A DNA stretch of 64,000 bases from Tubiluchus corallicola (Eukaryota; Animalia; Priapulida), in the NCBI GenBank assembly GCA_030141605.1, contig JAQGDQ010000051.1, positions 186,001 to 250,000 on the forward strand, written 5' to 3'. Both the position numbers and the translations under genes were made by a program. Below the pieces are notes generated by a model. It saw only the letters and a program-made list of their open reading frames with translations. It did no database searches and was not told where the DNA came from. Shown one piece after another: positions 62,950 through 64,000 of the stretch; the stretch's first letter is position 1, and every line of letters starts with the position of its first letter.

Positions 62950-63305
62950 CAGGATAGGCAAAAATAGGGAAGAAGTGTTTGACTGAAATTAAATTTTGGT
63001 TAACAGCTTGAGGTTTGCAAATAAAAAAGGCAGAGGGAAAGAGAGGGAGAAAGAAGGGCAGGAAGAGAGAGTGATACTCAAATATGAGAAAAAGTGTTCG
63101 GTCGACATGTTGACAGTTTGCAAATAGATAAGGAACTGAGAAAAAGAAGATGAACTAGGTAGAAATAGGAGACAAAGAATGACGAAAAGTTTTTGTTTAA
63201 CAGACCTACAGTTTGCAAATAGAGAAAGATGGGCAGAAAGAAAGAGTGACAGAAAAGAGAAATACTATGCGGATGCCAGGTTGACATGGTTTGGACTGGC
63301 ATGGT
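62950..63305 (-). repeat. Second copy of the TATTTGCAAACTG CT-rich repeat family
   Basis: (A/G)GTTTGCAAATA occurs three times, plus GGTCGACATGTTGAC; reverse-complement match to 18993-19420. Confidence 0.7.
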
Positions 63306-63326
63306 TTTTTTTATATGATAGTGCAC

Positions 63327-63450
63327 CAGGGTGTCTCAAAAGTTAGTATACACTTTACATTTTCTATATTTTCAGAAAACAAAGGAAAACGTTCGAAAAT
63401 TGGTACATACTAACTAAAACCTTAGGCAATTATTTTGGTCAGATAGACAA
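63327..63450. mobile_element. Tc1/mariner-like terminal inverted repeat (partner end not found)
   Basis: CAGGGTGTCTCAAAAGTTAGTATACACTT resembles Tc1/mariner TIR starts; no TA immediately 5' and no matching end in the window. Confidence 0.4.
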
Positions 63451-64000
63451 AAATATGAAAAAAACTAATAGGCAATGATATTTTCGCTATCTTCTTCGGG
63501 CACTTTAGGGACCTCAAGTGCTTCAAAGACCAGTCCAATGGCACTTTGGGCATCTTGCCTTAAGATTATCCTTCATAGCGTATGAGTGGTCATTTTTTAC
63601 ACCTCATTTCTAACGTTATTGTCGTCGCTCTAGCAACAGGGTTGTAATAAAAAATAAATAAAAAGATACTTTTTGAAACGGATAAAAGCTTACTGGCGAA
63701 GGAGGGGGAAAACGAAGACAGTGACATATAAAACACTTGATTTATCTCTGTAAATTTCTTATAATAGCAAGCGCGTGATATTTTCAATATAACTTCGAAA
63801 CAATGAATGTACTTTTATCAATACGGAGTTGTTTTATTTTACACGTACATAGTAAACCAATGTATACGAAACATCATTACAAAAATATATAGGGCATAAT
63901 TGCACCATATTTTTGGCAGGTATTAGAGGGAAGAAGATAAATACACAGTGTAAACACGGATAACGCTGTTATTATTCATCACAAACAAGGGCAATGAAAA

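Noticed and set aside
62007-62961. PTYL and THSL repeat ORFs
   Set aside because: Tetranucleotide microsatellite translations.

Overview
AT-rich, intron-containing animal (invertebrate-like) genomic DNA, so most entries in the bacterial-style ORF track are exon fragments or noise. Three protein-coding genes can be assembled by hand from splice sites and reading frame. (1) A 15-coding-exon mitochondrial cysteinyl-tRNA synthetase (CARS2-like, +, 4033-17606, ~638 aa). It keeps HIGH, KMSKS and the Zn ligands, but the KIIK motif reads KVIT and there is a ~70-aa insertion in the C-terminal region. (2) A single-coding-exon TMEM200-family gene (-, 24310-25869). (3) An 11-coding-exon receptor tyrosine kinase-like gene (-, 44367-55940, ~587 aa): signal peptide, two Cys-enriched Sushi/CCP-like domains, a transmembrane helix and a tyrosine-kinase-fold domain. 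That domain has DFG->NFG, HRDL->HRDP and no activation-loop tyrosine, making it a candidate Sushi-domain receptor pseudokinase; the gene also has one GC-AG intron. The remainder is transposon-derived or simple repeat: a TGT..ACA element with a 5-bp TSD, two long-TIR foldback elements in introns, a probable solo LTR with a 4-bp TSD, a Helentron-like non-autonomous element, tRNA-like and possibly 5S-like SINE heads, decayed LINEs and many microsatellites. No database searches were run; family assignments come from motif recognition.
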